From NCBI GenBank assembly GCA_963826705.1, contig CAWGYF010000022.1, positions 2,099-66,098 on the forward strand: DNA of 64,000 bases, read 5' to 3'. The stretch's first letter is position 1; each line of letters begins with the position of its first letter. The position numbers were made by a program, and so were the translations under genes. Below are positions 9,403 through 18,571 of the stretch, piece by piece. Below the pieces are notes generated by a model. That model searched no databases, was not told the origin of the DNA, and saw nothing but the letters and a program-made list of their open reading frames with translations. The stretch comes from an uncultured Actinomycetota bacterium (GTDB lineage Bacteria; Actinomycetota; Actinomycetes; Mycobacteriales; Pseudonocardiaceae).

Positions 9403-9455
9403 CCGCGGCCCCCTTTCGTCGCTACCAAGCTACCGGCGACGCGGCCGGACCGGCG

Positions 9456-10823
9456 TCAGGCCGTGCGAGGGCCGAAGCGGCGCAGCAGAAGCACCCCGGC
9501 GGCCACGACGGACTGGCCGCCCACCAGAGCGACGCCGACCCCGGTGAGCCCCCAGCGCGGCATGAGCAGCCACACCGCCGGGATCACGATCACCGCGAGG
9601 GCCAGCGTGACCGCGAACTGCCCGACGCGGTACTGGCGCACCCGTGCCTCGGCGACGGCGGCGAGGTTCACGCACGCGGGCACCGCCGACAGCGCGCCGA
9701 GCCCGAGGAGAACACTCCCGGTGGAGGCGTAGTGCTCACCGAACACCATCAGGATCAGCCACGACCCGGCGGCGAGGACGAGCACAGCCGGCACGACCAA
9801 CGTCAGCGACTTGACGAGCATCTGCCGGTGCGCGGCGCCCAGCTCGGAGGGGTCGGCGGCCGCGTGGGCCACCAACGACTGCCCCATCCCGGTCGGCACC
9901 AGGTACAGCGCGTAGGCGAGCTGCCAGGTGACGCCGAAGGTGGCCGCCGCGTCCGCGCCGAGCCGGGAGAAGACGAGCAGCGGAAGGCCGAAGTTCACCA
10001 CCGTGAGGCACATGCTGCCCACCCAGTCGGCCGCGATGAACCCCGACATCGAACGCAGGGTGACCGGAGAGGGCTGGGGGAGCCGATGGGCCTTCGGCTC
10101 GCGCGCGGGCAGCACGCGCAGGAGATAGATGCCGATCGCCACGACCGTCACCGCGGTGCCCAACGCCCAGGAGCCCGCGATGGCGCCGTACAGGCCCATG
10201 AGCCCGCCGATCACCAACAGGATGATCTTCAGCAGCGCGAAGCCGAGGTTCTCGAACGGCACGACGGTGGCGCGCTTGAGCCCGGTGAGCAGATAGTCCT
10301 GCATGTTGAACACGGTCCAGAACGGCGTCGACAGCGCGAAGTAGGCGACGAGCGCGCCCGCGCCGACCGCGGACTGCAGCGCTGGCGCCCACCAGTGCGC
10401 ACCGAGCGCGAACACCGTGCCGATCACGACGGCCGCACCGATCCCGGCGGCGTAGCAGGCGGCCACGAACGCCCGTGCGCCGCTCCCGACCACCGGGACG
10501 AACCGCAGCATCGCACTGCCCAGGTTGAACTGGGCGATGATGCCCAACAGGCTCAGCGTCGACACCACGGTCGAGTTCACACCGACGACCTGCGGGCTGA
10601 ACATCCGCGCCGCGACCACCCAGTAGAGGAGCCCGACCGCCGAGGAGACCGCCGAGCTGAGGACGAGCGCCATGCCGTCGCGGTTCTGCGGGTTGCGCCA
10701 TCCCGTCGCGAGCGCCTTTACCCTGGTCAGGGCGGAGGGAGTGGCCGACGGCTCGGTGCCGGACACGGGGGTGGGTGCTACGGGGATGGGCGCGGCTGCG
10801 TCGCGAGCATCCGAGGGGACCAC
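9456..10823 (-). CDS. polysaccharide/lipid-linked oligosaccharide flippase (MOP/Wzx-like), multi-TM
   Basis: About 12-14 hydrophobic segments (MALVLSSAVSSAVGLLYWVVAARMF..). The start is uncertain; GTG 10823 was chosen because it lies just downstream of the upstream gene's stop (10850). Confidence 0.65.
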   Translation of the reverse strand: MVPSDARDAAAPIPVAPTPVSGTEPSATPSALTRVKALATGWRNPQNRDGMALVLSSAVSSAVGLLYWVVAARMFSPQVVGVNSTVVSTLSLLGIIAQFNLGSAMLRFVPVVGSGARAFVAACYAAGIGAAVVIGTVFALGAHWWAPALQSAVGAGALVAYFALSTPFWTVFNMQDYLLTGLKRATVVPFENLGFALLKIILLVIGGLMGLYGAIAGSWALGTAVTVVAIGIYLLRVLPAREPKAHRLPQPSPVTLRSMSGFIAADWVGSMCLTVVNFGLPLLVFSRLGADAAATFGVTWQLAYALYLVPTGMGQSLVAHAAADPSELGAAHRQMLVKSLTLVVPAVLVLAAGSWLILMVFGEHYASTGSVLLGLGALSAVPACVNLAAVAEARVRQYRVGQFAVTLALAVIVIPAVWLLMPRWGLTGVGVALVGGQSVVAAGVLLLRRFGPRTA

Positions 10824-10849
10824 GCGGTCATTCTGCCGCGCGCGCCTCT

Positions 10850-11881
10850 TCACTCCGTCGGCAGGCTGATCCCGGCCAGGACGCCCCGGTGGTCGCTGCC
10901 CGCGAGCGGCAGGATCTCGAACCTCGTCGTCGTCGATCCCGCAGGCATGAGCACGTGGTCGATCTGGATGCCGCACCACGACGGGAGTCCCGCGGGGAAC
11001 GTGCCGACCAGACCGCGGCCGGTGCCGTCGGCCGCGCTGGGGCAGTACTGCAGCGCGGCCCGGAACAGGGCGTTGTCGGCGGTGGCGTTGAAGTCGCCCG
11101 CGACGATCGGGCGTGGCCACTCCTGACACCATCGGGTGATGTGCGCGAGGTCCTCGCACCACCGCACCGTCCTGATCGGGCTCATCGGAGCCTCGGGATG
11201 GACGGCGTAGAACCGTCGGGCGCCCAGCACGCCTCCGGTGGCTCGCAGGTAGCGGTGCCGAAGCTCGGGCCCGGTGGTCACGGTCACCTCGCCCATCCGC
11301 TCGGCCACGAGCAGCACGACGCCCTCACCGTCGGAGGTGCCGGGTGCCGTGGACGCCCACGCCCGGTAGCCCAGCCCGGCGACCAGGGGTAACAGCTTGT
11401 CGCGGAAGTCGGGACCGCCTTCTGGCAGGGACACGAGATCGGGCTGCTCGCGCTCGAGAAGCGTGGCCAGTGCCCCGGTGTCGGCCGCGCCGACCAGCAC
11501 GTTCGCGGCCAGGACGGTCAGCTCCAAAGCTGGCGCCCTCGTCGCGGTCGTCGGGGCTGTCGGCCGTCTGCTGGCGCGGCCGAGCAGGGACGCCGCCCCC
11601 GCGAGCGCGGCGGACGCGATGCCCGCGGCCAGCGGCCTGCTCCGGCGTGGGACAGCCAGAACAGCCGCTGCGACGAAGGCCGAAGCGGCGACGTGCGGTC
11701 GCAGCGCCGCGAGGTCCACGGCCGGGAAGCGGTGCCCGATCCCGATCCGGTCGGGCACCAGCGCGGCGGCGGTTGCGGCGGCGCCTGCGGCCATGCGGAA
11801 GGGAGCGCCTGCGGGGCCCCGGCGAATCCGGCCCCGGCGAATCTGACTGCCGCGGATCCGACGCACTTGATCGAGGTCCAT
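10850..11881 (-). CDS. endonuclease/exonuclease/phosphatase (EEP) family protein with N-terminal membrane segments
   Basis: LTVLAANVL..EREQPDLVSLPE..IVAGDFNAT..IDHVL..GSDHRGVLAGI are the EEP catalytic motifs. Start uncertain (ATG at 11926, 11881 or 11794). Confidence 0.7.
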   Translation of the reverse strand: MDLDQVRRIRGSQIRRGRIRRGPAGAPFRMAAGAAATAAALVPDRIGIGHRFPAVDLAALRPHVAASAFVAAAVLAVPRRSRPLAAGIASAALAGAASLLGRASRRPTAPTTATRAPALELTVLAANVLVGAADTGALATLLEREQPDLVSLPEGGPDFRDKLLPLVAGLGYRAWASTAPGTSDGEGVVLLVAERMGEVTVTTGPELRHRYLRATGGVLGARRFYAVHPEAPMSPIRTVRWCEDLAHITRWCQEWPRPIVAGDFNATADNALFRAALQYCPSAADGTGRGLVGTFPAGLPSWCGIQIDHVLMPAGSTTTRFEILPLAGSDHRGVLAGISLPTE

Positions 11882-12079
11882 GCGGCCCACAACGGACCGG
11901 GCGCCTCTGAGGTTCCACGGCGCCACCAGCGAGGTGACACAACGGCGATCGCGGACAAACGCCCTGCGGGCGGGGCTCGTTCGCGCGTCAAGCCGTCATA
12001 GGTGACAATCGACGGATCGGGAGTGGGTCGACGCTGCCCACTGGCCGATCAGCCGACCGGATGGAGAGTGACCGAAGAG

Positions 12080-13294
12080 ATGGCACCGCTTCGCGGCCTG
12101 CGCGGGCTGCCTGCCGTCCTCGGCGTGCTGGTGCTCCTGGTCCTCGGTGGCGGCCTCGCCGTGGCCACTACCGCGCCGCACGGCGTTCTCGTCGGCCCTG
12201 GCGGCATCACCGGGTCCCCGACCACCCCCGCGCCGAAGCCGATGCCAGTGGTGTCGATCACACCGTCGGCGCAGAGCGTGAGCCCGGCCGATCCCATCGT
12301 CGTGCACATCGCGCAGGGCACTGCGACGAAGGTCACGGTCACGAACAAGGCGAGCGGCGCGTCGGTCGCCGGGACGCTCGCACCGGATGGCGCCAGCTGG
12401 ACCTCGACCGAGCCCTTGGCCTACGCCGCCACCTACGCCGTGGGCGTCGACGCGAAGGGCCCTGACGGTGCGGCGAGCCACCAGGATCTCGCGGTGTCCA
12501 CGCTCACCCCGACGGCGCAGGCCTACCCCTCGTTCATCCCGCCGCCCGCCCAGGCCACGGTCGGCGTCGGCCAGCCGATCGTGATCAAGTTCAACCACGC
12601 CGTGCACGACCGGGCCGCCGCGCAGCGTGCGCTGACGGTCACGGCGACGCCTGCGCAGGCAGGCGGGTGGTACTGGTTCTCCGACACCGAGGTGCACTAC
12701 CGGCCGCAGACCTACTGGACCGCCGGGTCGACGATCACGCTCAAGGCCACCATGTACGGCGTCGACCTCGGGGGCGGCGTGTTCGGTGAGACCGACCGCA
12801 CCGAGACGATCCACGTGCACGACGCGTGGGTGGCCAAGGCCAACGGCGCCACCGAGCAGATGCAGATCTTCGACAACGGCGCGCTGGTCAAGACGATGCC
12901 GATCAGTCTCGGCTCGCCGGGCTTCCCGTCGCACATCGGCCCGCATGTCATCTCCGACAAGCAACCCAGCGTGATCATGGACTCCTGCACCTACGGCGTG
13001 TGTCAGGGCCAGCCCGGCTACTACAAGGAGAAGGTCAACCTCGACGAGCGGATCTCCGACGACGGCGAGTTCGTGCACTCGGCGCCGTGGTCGGTGGGTT
13101 CACAAGGCGGGGCGAACGTCTCCCATGGCTGCGTGAACCTCAGCCCGGCCAACGCCCAGTGGTTCTTCGACCACTTCGACATCGGCGACGTCGTGGAGGT
13201 CACCAACTCCGGCGGCCAGCAGTTGCCCCTCAGCGACACCTACGGCGACTGGGAGCTCTCCTGGCCGCAGTGGTTGAAGGGGAGCGCCGCCTGA
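12080..13294 (+). CDS. L,D-transpeptidase (YkuD domain, LdtMt2-like)
   Basis: Signal/TM segment MAPLRGLRGLPAVLGVLVLLVLGGG, Ig-like repeats, and the catalytic HSAPWSVGSQGGANVSHGCVNLSPANAQWFF. Confidence 0.9.
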   Translation: MAPLRGLRGLPAVLGVLVLLVLGGGLAVATTAPHGVLVGPGGITGSPTTPAPKPMPVVSITPSAQSVSPADPIVVHIAQGTATKVTVTNKASGASVAGTLAPDGASWTSTEPLAYAATYAVGVDAKGPDGAASHQDLAVSTLTPTAQAYPSFIPPPAQATVGVGQPIVIKFNHAVHDRAAAQRALTVTATPAQAGGWYWFSDTEVHYRPQTYWTAGSTITLKATMYGVDLGGGVFGETDRTETIHVHDAWVAKANGATEQMQIFDNGALVKTMPISLGSPGFPSHIGPHVISDKQPSVIMDSCTYGVCQGQPGYYKEKVNLDERISDDGEFVHSAPWSVGSQGGANVSHGCVNLSPANAQWFFDHFDIGDVVEVTNSGGQQLPLSDTYGDWELSWPQWLKGSAA

Positions 13295-13389
13295 GCGGCC
13301 TCGGCTGGTGTGCCCCACTTCGCAGGACACGCGGTGTCGTCGCAGAAGGTCGACCACAACGCCACGCGGCGCGGGGACACCACTTCCGC

Positions 13390-13655
13390 TGATCTTGTGC
13401 GGTTCCGCGCAGAGGTGATCGGCAGAAGTGGTGCCCGGGGTGCACTTGCGCACTCGTGACACCACTTGTACCGATCTTGCCCGGCCGGGCCGGGTGATCA
13501 CCGGTTTGTGGTGGCCGGGGTGCACCTGCGCGCTCGTGACACCACTGGTGCCGATCTTGCCCGGCCGGGCCGGGTGATCGCCGGTTGTGGTGGCCGGGGT
13601 GCACCTGCGCACTCGTGGCACCACTTGTGCCGATCTTCCCCCGGCCGGGCCGGAC
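13390..13655. repeat. tandem array A: 3 full units plus 1 partial, 79-80 bp each (63-bp GATC-capped palindromic module plus a 16-bp CCCGGCCGGGCCGG linker)
   Basis: GTGATC unit starts at 13415, 13494 and 13574. Each unit reads GTGATCNCCGG..GTGGTGGCCGGGGTGCACCTGCGC.CTCGTG.CACCAC..CCGATC. It lies between the convergent ldt and cvnD genes. Confidence 0.85.
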
Positions 13656-13738
13656 CGGACCCCACGCGCGCTGCGGCACCGAGCCGCACCGCCGCAACGT
13701 GCGCGAAGTCGGTCAGCGGTCGGGGGTGTGGCCCCAGC

Positions 13739-14326
13739 TCACACCGGCTCACTCAGCAGCACCAGCACGTGCTCCAGCAGCACAAGCAGCACGTCCTTGC
13801 ACGACTCCCGCTCCCGGACATCGCACAACAACACCGGCGTGGCGTCCGGGACGTGCAGTGCGTGGCGGACGTCGTCGACGTCGTAGGCCTGCACACCGTC
13901 GAAGCAGTTCACGCCGACGACGAACGGGATACCCCTGCGCTCGAAGAAGTCGATCGACGCGAAGGACCGGTCGAGCCTGCGGGTGTCGGCGAGGACGACC
14001 GCCCCGAGGGCGCCGGTGGCGAGCTCATCCCAGATGAACCAGAACCGCTCCTGCCCCGGCGTGCCGAACAGGTAGAGGATCACCTCCGGGTTGATCGTGA
14101 TCCGCCCGAAGTCCATCGCGACCGTCGTCGTGCTCTTGTCCTCGACATAGGTGAGGTCGTCGACGCCGTCGGAGAGCTCGCTGAGCATCTCCTCCGTGCG
14201 GAGCGGGGCGATCTCGCTGACCGCGCCGACCAGCGTCGTCTTCCCGACCCCGAAACCCCCTGCCACCAGGAGCTTCACTGCCGAGTACGGCCGGTCCAGC
14301 TCGGTCTCAGAGCCGGCGTACGCCAT
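13739..14326 (-). CDS. cvnD: conservon GTPase (CvnD-type, MglA/Ras-like ATP/GTP-binding protein)
   Basis: 195 aa. Contains the P-loop LVAGGFGVGKTT, LFGTPGQERF and VVGVNCFD. It is the last gene of a four-gene set in canonical conservon order. Confidence 0.85.
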   Translation of the reverse strand: MAYAGSETELDRPYSAVKLLVAGGFGVGKTTLVGAVSEIAPLRTEEMLSELSDGVDDLTYVEDKSTTTVAMDFGRITINPEVILYLFGTPGQERFWFIWDELATGALGAVVLADTRRLDRSFASIDFFERRGIPFVVGVNCFDGVQAYDVDDVRHALHVPDATPVLLCDVRERESCKDVLLVLLEHVLVLLSEPV

Positions 14327-14672
14327 CGATCACCGTCCGTATGAGCTCGCGGTCGAAGCCGGGATCGTCACTCTTCAGCGGGGTCTTGAAGACCACTCCG
14401 CCGAGCTCGACCAGGTCACTGATGAGGACCTTGGCGGCGACCAGGGGAAGGTTCAGGGTTGAGGCGATCTCAGCGACAGAGCGCGGAGCCGCGCACAATT
14501 GCAGAATCGCCCGATGTTCGGGGCTAGGTGGTACGACGTTGGGCGACACGGTCATCACGAGCGTGACCATGTCGAGGTAGCGGGAGGGTCTGGTGCGGCC
14601 GCTCGTCACCGCGAACGCCCGCACGAGCGGACCGGCGTCGTCGTCGAACAACAGCCAGTCGTCTTCGGTCAT
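14307..14672 (-). CDS. cvnC: DUF742 protein (conservon CvnC-type)
   Basis: 121 aa. LVRAFAVTSGRTRP..LDMVTLV..SVAEIASTLNLPLVAAKVLISDLVE is the DUF742 pattern. Confidence 0.8.
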   Translation of the reverse strand: MTEDDWLLFDDDAGPLVRAFAVTSGRTRPSRYLDMVTLVMTVSPNVVPPSPEHRAILQLCAAPRSVAEIASTLNLPLVAAKVLISDLVELGGVVFKTPLKSDDPGFDRELIRTVIDGVRRL

Positions 14673-15112
14673 GTGACCTCCCGCCTGGACCCGATGGACG
14701 GTCCGCGCGAACGCGGCGACACCCCGAGGTGGTCACCGACGCGCCGCACGAGCAGCTGCATTTCGTAGACGATCATGCCGAGGTCGGGATCCTGGCCGGT
14801 CAGAACGGCCACGGCGGTGCCTTGACCTGCCGTCGCCACCAGCAGGTAGCCGCCCTCCATCTCGATCGCCGTCTGGAGCACGGAGCCCCGCCGGAACTGT
14901 CGCCCCGCGCTGCGCGCGAGGCCGGTCAGCGCGGAGGCGGTGGCCGAGAGGTGCTCAGCGGGCTCGATCCCCATGCCGGAGGACCGCGACAGCAGCAGGC
15001 CGTCCGCCGACAGGAGCACGGCCAAGTCGATGCCGATAACCCGCTCGATGAGCTGGTCCAGCAGCCACCGCAGGTCCAGCCCGTCGCGGTGGCCCGATGC
15101 GGCCCTGGTCAC
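14669..15112 (-). CDS. cvnB: roadblock/LC7 domain protein (conservon CvnB-type)
   Basis: 147 aa. LDLRWLLDQLIERV..AVLLSADGLLL..SATASALTGLA..LLVATAG. It overlaps both neighbours by 4 nt. Confidence 0.8.
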   Translation of the reverse strand: MTRAASGHRDGLDLRWLLDQLIERVIGIDLAVLLSADGLLLSRSSGMGIEPAEHLSATASALTGLARSAGRQFRRGSVLQTAIEMEGGYLLVATAGQGTAVAVLTGQDPDLGMIVYEMQLLVRRVGDHLGVSPRSRGPSIGSRREVT

Positions 15113-17832
15113 GGATGGCCCCCGTCGTCGGTGGAGTCCTTGCGGCTGCTGCGCACGCCGCGCTGCATGGCCGACATCGCGCTCGACGTCCGCCCCGCGG
15201 CGGGCTCGACGGGCGCAGCGCCACCCGGGACCAGGTCGGCAGGCAGGCGACCCCGCAGGCCCTTCGCCAGGTGACCCTGCGGCCTGCGCTCGGGCAGCGG
15301 AGGCGGCGCGTCGTCGGTGCCCGCGGGCCCGTCGGCCGCGTCGGCACCGGGTTGGGCGCCGTCGGGTTGGGCGCCGTCGGGTTGGGCGCCGTCGGGTTGG
15401 GCGCCGTCGGGTTGGGCGCCGTCGCGTTGGGCGCCGTCGCGTTGGGCGCTGTCGGGTTGGGCACTCGGGACATCGGTTGCAGCGACCTCGGCGGCGGGGA
15501 GATCAACCGCAACGACGTCATCGACGACTGCGTCGGGAGTGGCTGCCGCGGCTGAGGTGCGCTCGGGAAGCGCGGGTTTGCCGCCCGCGGCAGGGCCTGC
15601 GGGCGGTGCAGGCGTGCTCGGCCGTCGCGACGGCAGCGCCGCGGCGTCCCCCCGCCTGCGCGCCGATCCCGGTTCCGCGAAGTTTCGGTCCGGGCCCGGT
15701 CCGTCGACGGGGTAAGCCTCTCTATGCGGGCCACTCCCATTCCGGCCGTTGCGCCCGCTGCTCCCGTTGCTGTGCGGGTGCCGGCCGTTTGTCCCCCGCC
15801 CGAACGGCACGCCGCTGCCCGTCGAGCCCACAGACGGCCGACGCTGCGGCTCGGGCTCGGACTGCGGCTCGTCGTCACCGGGAGGGGCCACCAGCAAGGT
15901 GTTGGGCACCAGGACGAGCGCCTGCACGCCCCCGTAGGTCGACTCCAACAGCGTCACCCGCATGCCGTGTCGCTGCGCGAGGCGGGACACGACGAACATG
16001 CCCAGCCGCGCGTCCTCAGACAGCGTGAGCAGGCCGAAGTCGGGCGGATCTGCCAGCATCTCGTTGAGCCGGTCCCGCGGCTCGGGCTCGATGCCCAGTC
16101 CGCGGTCCTCGATCTCGACGGCCACCCCCCTGCCCACAACGCTCGCGCTGATGTCGATCGGGCACTGGGGCGGGGAGAACGAGGTGGCGTTGTCCACCAG
16201 CTCGGCCAGGAGATGGATCAGGTCACCGACGGCCGCGCCGTCGACGTGTCGGTCCGGGACCTCGCCCAGCGTGATCCGCGTGTACTGCTCGCTCTCGGAC
16301 ACCGCGCTGCGGATGATCTCGGCGAGCAGCACCGGCCTGCGCCAGCGCCGCCGGGGCTGCTGGCCACCCATGATGATCAGGTTCTCGGCGTTGCGGCGCT
16401 CGCGGGTCGACAGGTGGTCCAGCTGGAACAGCCTGGCCAACTGGTCGGAGTTGTCCTCTGCGCGCTCGGCCTCGTCGAGCACCTGCAGCTGGCGGTGCAC
16501 GATGGCCTGGCTGCGATGGGCGATGTTGAGGAACACCGCGTTGGCGCCCGCGCGGGTGCGGGCCTCTTCTGCCGCCGCGGCGGCCGCGGAGCGCTGTGCG
16601 ATGTCGACGGCGGCGCCTACCTCGCCGATCTCGTCGACGCCGTGGTCGACGGCGGGGAACTCGGCCTCGACGTCGACCGGCTCACCACGCCGGATCCGCT
16701 CCAGCACCGCGGGCAGCCGCGCCGACGTGCCGTGCGTCGTGGCCCGGAGCGCGGCCATGCGCCTGCCCAGCCGGTTGCCCGTCCGCATGGCGACGAGCAT
16801 GGCGGCGACGACGATCGCCACCGCGCCCAGCACAAGACCGACGATCACGTTGAGCTCCGTGTTCGTCCGATCGACGGCCGTCGCGACGGCGTCGCGCGCT
16901 GCGCCGAAGGCGAGGTCCGAGGCGCTCGCTGCCACCGCGTCGCCCGCAGCGGTGAGGTCACCGACGACCCCGACGGTGCGGTCGACCGGGACGCGGACGG
17001 GGTTGAGCTGCCCGTCGGGCCGCTGGTCGCCGGATGCGGGCGCTGTGACGTGCGGTCCGGCCGCGAGGAGCAGTTCCGTGTCGGCGGTGAACGTGCGCCA
17101 CTCCGGCGAGTCGAGCAGGGCCGCGCCCGCGTCCCTCCGGTTCGCGGGAAGAGCGGCGACCGCGTTCTGCATCGCCTCGCCGATCTGGCCCGCCTCCGCG
17201 TTGAGCTCGCGGTAGGCCGGTATGTCCAGGCCGCGTGGCCCGTCAGTCGCGACGACGAGGTCGGCGCTGCGGAGCGACTCCGCAACGGCCAACAGGTGGC
17301 CTGCCGCGCCCAGCCCCGCGATGACGTCCAGGTCGGACGGCCCGGCGGTGGAGAAGCCGATGACCGTGGTCAGGGGCTCGATCACCGGCTCGTACGCCTC
17401 ATACGCGTCGGTGCCCCTCGCGCCTGCGTCGACGACCCGGCGCGCCCGGATGAGCGCTTCTGCCGCGCTGCTCAGGCGTGCGAAGGAATCCCGGACCGTC
17501 GACGGCGCGGTGGCAGGAATCCTGCTCATGAACGAGCGGACCCCGGCGATCGCAGCGTCGGTCCCCCGGCGTGCGGCCGAGACGTCGCCCGTGCCCTCGA
17601 CGGTGGTCCGTCGCTCGTCCTGTGCGGACGTGCTGAGTGCCACCGTGGCGTCGATCCCCTGACCGACGAGCACCGCGGTCGCGCGGTCGCTAAGCGCCGC
17701 GCCCGACTGGTACCAGCCCACGCCGACAACCGCGCATACGAAGATCAACGACGGGATCACGGCGATGGCCACCACCCGGAACCGAAAAGAGGCGAAGACA
17801 CCAGACCTCGGCGCGGCCGGACGCATGCTCAT
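15109..17832 (-). CDS. cvnA: conservon sensor histidine-kinase-like protein (CvnA-type: TM, nitrate/nitrite-sensing-like region, HAMP, HATPase_c) with a long low-complexity tail
   Basis: ATG 17832 is preceded by GGAAGAGGGAGA. HATPase_c motifs are present: LAELVDNATSFS, EIEDRGLGI and GLGMFVVSRLAQRHG. The C-terminal ~270 aa are Pro/Ala/Gly-rich. Confidence 0.85.
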   Translation of the reverse strand: MSMRPAAPRSGVFASFRFRVVAIAVIPSLIFVCAVVGVGWYQSGAALSDRATAVLVGQGIDATVALSTSAQDERRTTVEGTGDVSAARRGTDAAIAGVRSFMSRIPATAPSTVRDSFARLSSAAEALIRARRVVDAGARGTDAYEAYEPVIEPLTTVIGFSTAGPSDLDVIAGLGAAGHLLAVAESLRSADLVVATDGPRGLDIPAYRELNAEAGQIGEAMQNAVAALPANRRDAGAALLDSPEWRTFTADTELLLAAGPHVTAPASGDQRPDGQLNPVRVPVDRTVGVVGDLTAAGDAVAASASDLAFGAARDAVATAVDRTNTELNVIVGLVLGAVAIVVAAMLVAMRTGNRLGRRMAALRATTHGTSARLPAVLERIRRGEPVDVEAEFPAVDHGVDEIGEVGAAVDIAQRSAAAAAAEEARTRAGANAVFLNIAHRSQAIVHRQLQVLDEAERAEDNSDQLARLFQLDHLSTRERRNAENLIIMGGQQPRRRWRRPVLLAEIIRSAVSESEQYTRITLGEVPDRHVDGAAVGDLIHLLAELVDNATSFSPPQCPIDISASVVGRGVAVEIEDRGLGIEPEPRDRLNEMLADPPDFGLLTLSEDARLGMFVVSRLAQRHGMRVTLLESTYGGVQALVLVPNTLLVAPPGDDEPQSEPEPQRRPSVGSTGSGVPFGRGTNGRHPHSNGSSGRNGRNGSGPHREAYPVDGPGPDRNFAEPGSARRRGDAAALPSRRPSTPAPPAGPAAGGKPALPERTSAAAATPDAVVDDVVAVDLPAAEVAATDVPSAQPDSAQRDGAQRDGAQPDGAQPDGAQPDGAQPDGAQPGADAADGPAGTDDAPPPLPERRPQGHLAKGLRGRLPADLVPGGAAPVEPAAGRTSSAMSAMQRGVRSSRKDSTDDGGHP
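15348..15467. repeat. in-frame 15-bp tandem repeat (about 7.5 copies) inside the cvnA tail
   Basis: Plus-strand GGGTTGGGCGCCGTC is repeated head to tail. On the minus strand it encodes (DGAQP/DGAQR)n. Confidence 0.9.
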
Positions 17833-18067
17833 GCGGGTCTCCCTCTTCCACCCTGAACGGTCCGAGCGGCCGGCATGGGGAGCAAGCCTGCTCGGAGGTG
17901 GCAGAACGTTAGCGCCATCGTCGTTCCATCTGGCCATCAGGGTGGTCATGGCTCCAGTTTGCTCCCCCGTTCGGCCTATTCAGCTACCCCTCGTGACGAT
18001 CTCCGAGCCCGCCGCCTACACTCCTGCACTCGAATGGATCAACGCCGACGCAGCATCAGGGACTCAC

Positions 18068-18571
18068 ATGGCCTGTTCACATTCCACCGGCTGCCCGCTC
18101 TTCCCGAAGCTGAACGCGAGTCTGCGCAGCTGGCGCGACGCCTACTGCGACAGCGACACCGGCTGGCAGAGCTGCGCCAGGTTCACGCAGTCGCTGACCG
18201 GCCAGTCGGTGCCGATCACGCTGTTGCCCAACGGGAAGTACGCCCACGCGGTGGCGCGGGCGACCAACCTCGTGGACGCCCCCCAGCGGTCGAGGTTCGA
18301 GTCGGTCCCCCCCACGGGCGCCGCCGCCCCCGGCTCCCCCTTCGAAGCGGCTCCCCCACAGGCCCCGGCCCGCGTCGCACCCTCCATTTGGGATGATCCG
18401 GCGTCTGCGCCGCGGTCCGCCCGGCTGCCGACGCTGCCGCGCGCAGCCGCCGTGGAGTCGCCTGTACTCGTCCGCCCGGCGAAGCCGGTGCGCCAACCCC
18501 CACCTCCGCCGACCCCGGCCCGTGCAGGCTGGTGGACCCGGCTCGTCGACTGGATGCGAGGTCCGGCATGA
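18068..18571 (+). CDS. hypothetical Cys-rich protein with Pro/Ala-rich tail
   Basis: ATG 18068 gives MACSHSTGCPLFPKLNASLRSWRDAYCDSDTGWQSCARF.. (4 Cys in 36 aa), followed by low complexity. The stop overlaps the next start (ATGA). I recognise no family. Confidence 0.5.
   Translation: MACSHSTGCPLFPKLNASLRSWRDAYCDSDTGWQSCARFTQSLTGQSVPITLLPNGKYAHAVARATNLVDAPQRSRFESVPPTGAAAPGSPFEAAPPQAPARVAPSIWDDPASAPRSARLPTLPRAAAVESPVLVRPAKPVRQPPPPPTPARAGWWTRLVDWMRGPA

Noticed and set aside
13390-13655. The possibility that tandem arrays A, B (53750-54020) or C (37953-38600) are CRISPR arrays.
   Set aside because: Whole units repeat, spacer-equivalent part included, so there are no unique spacers. Periods of 79-176 bp do not fit CRISPR geometry. 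No cas genes are present.
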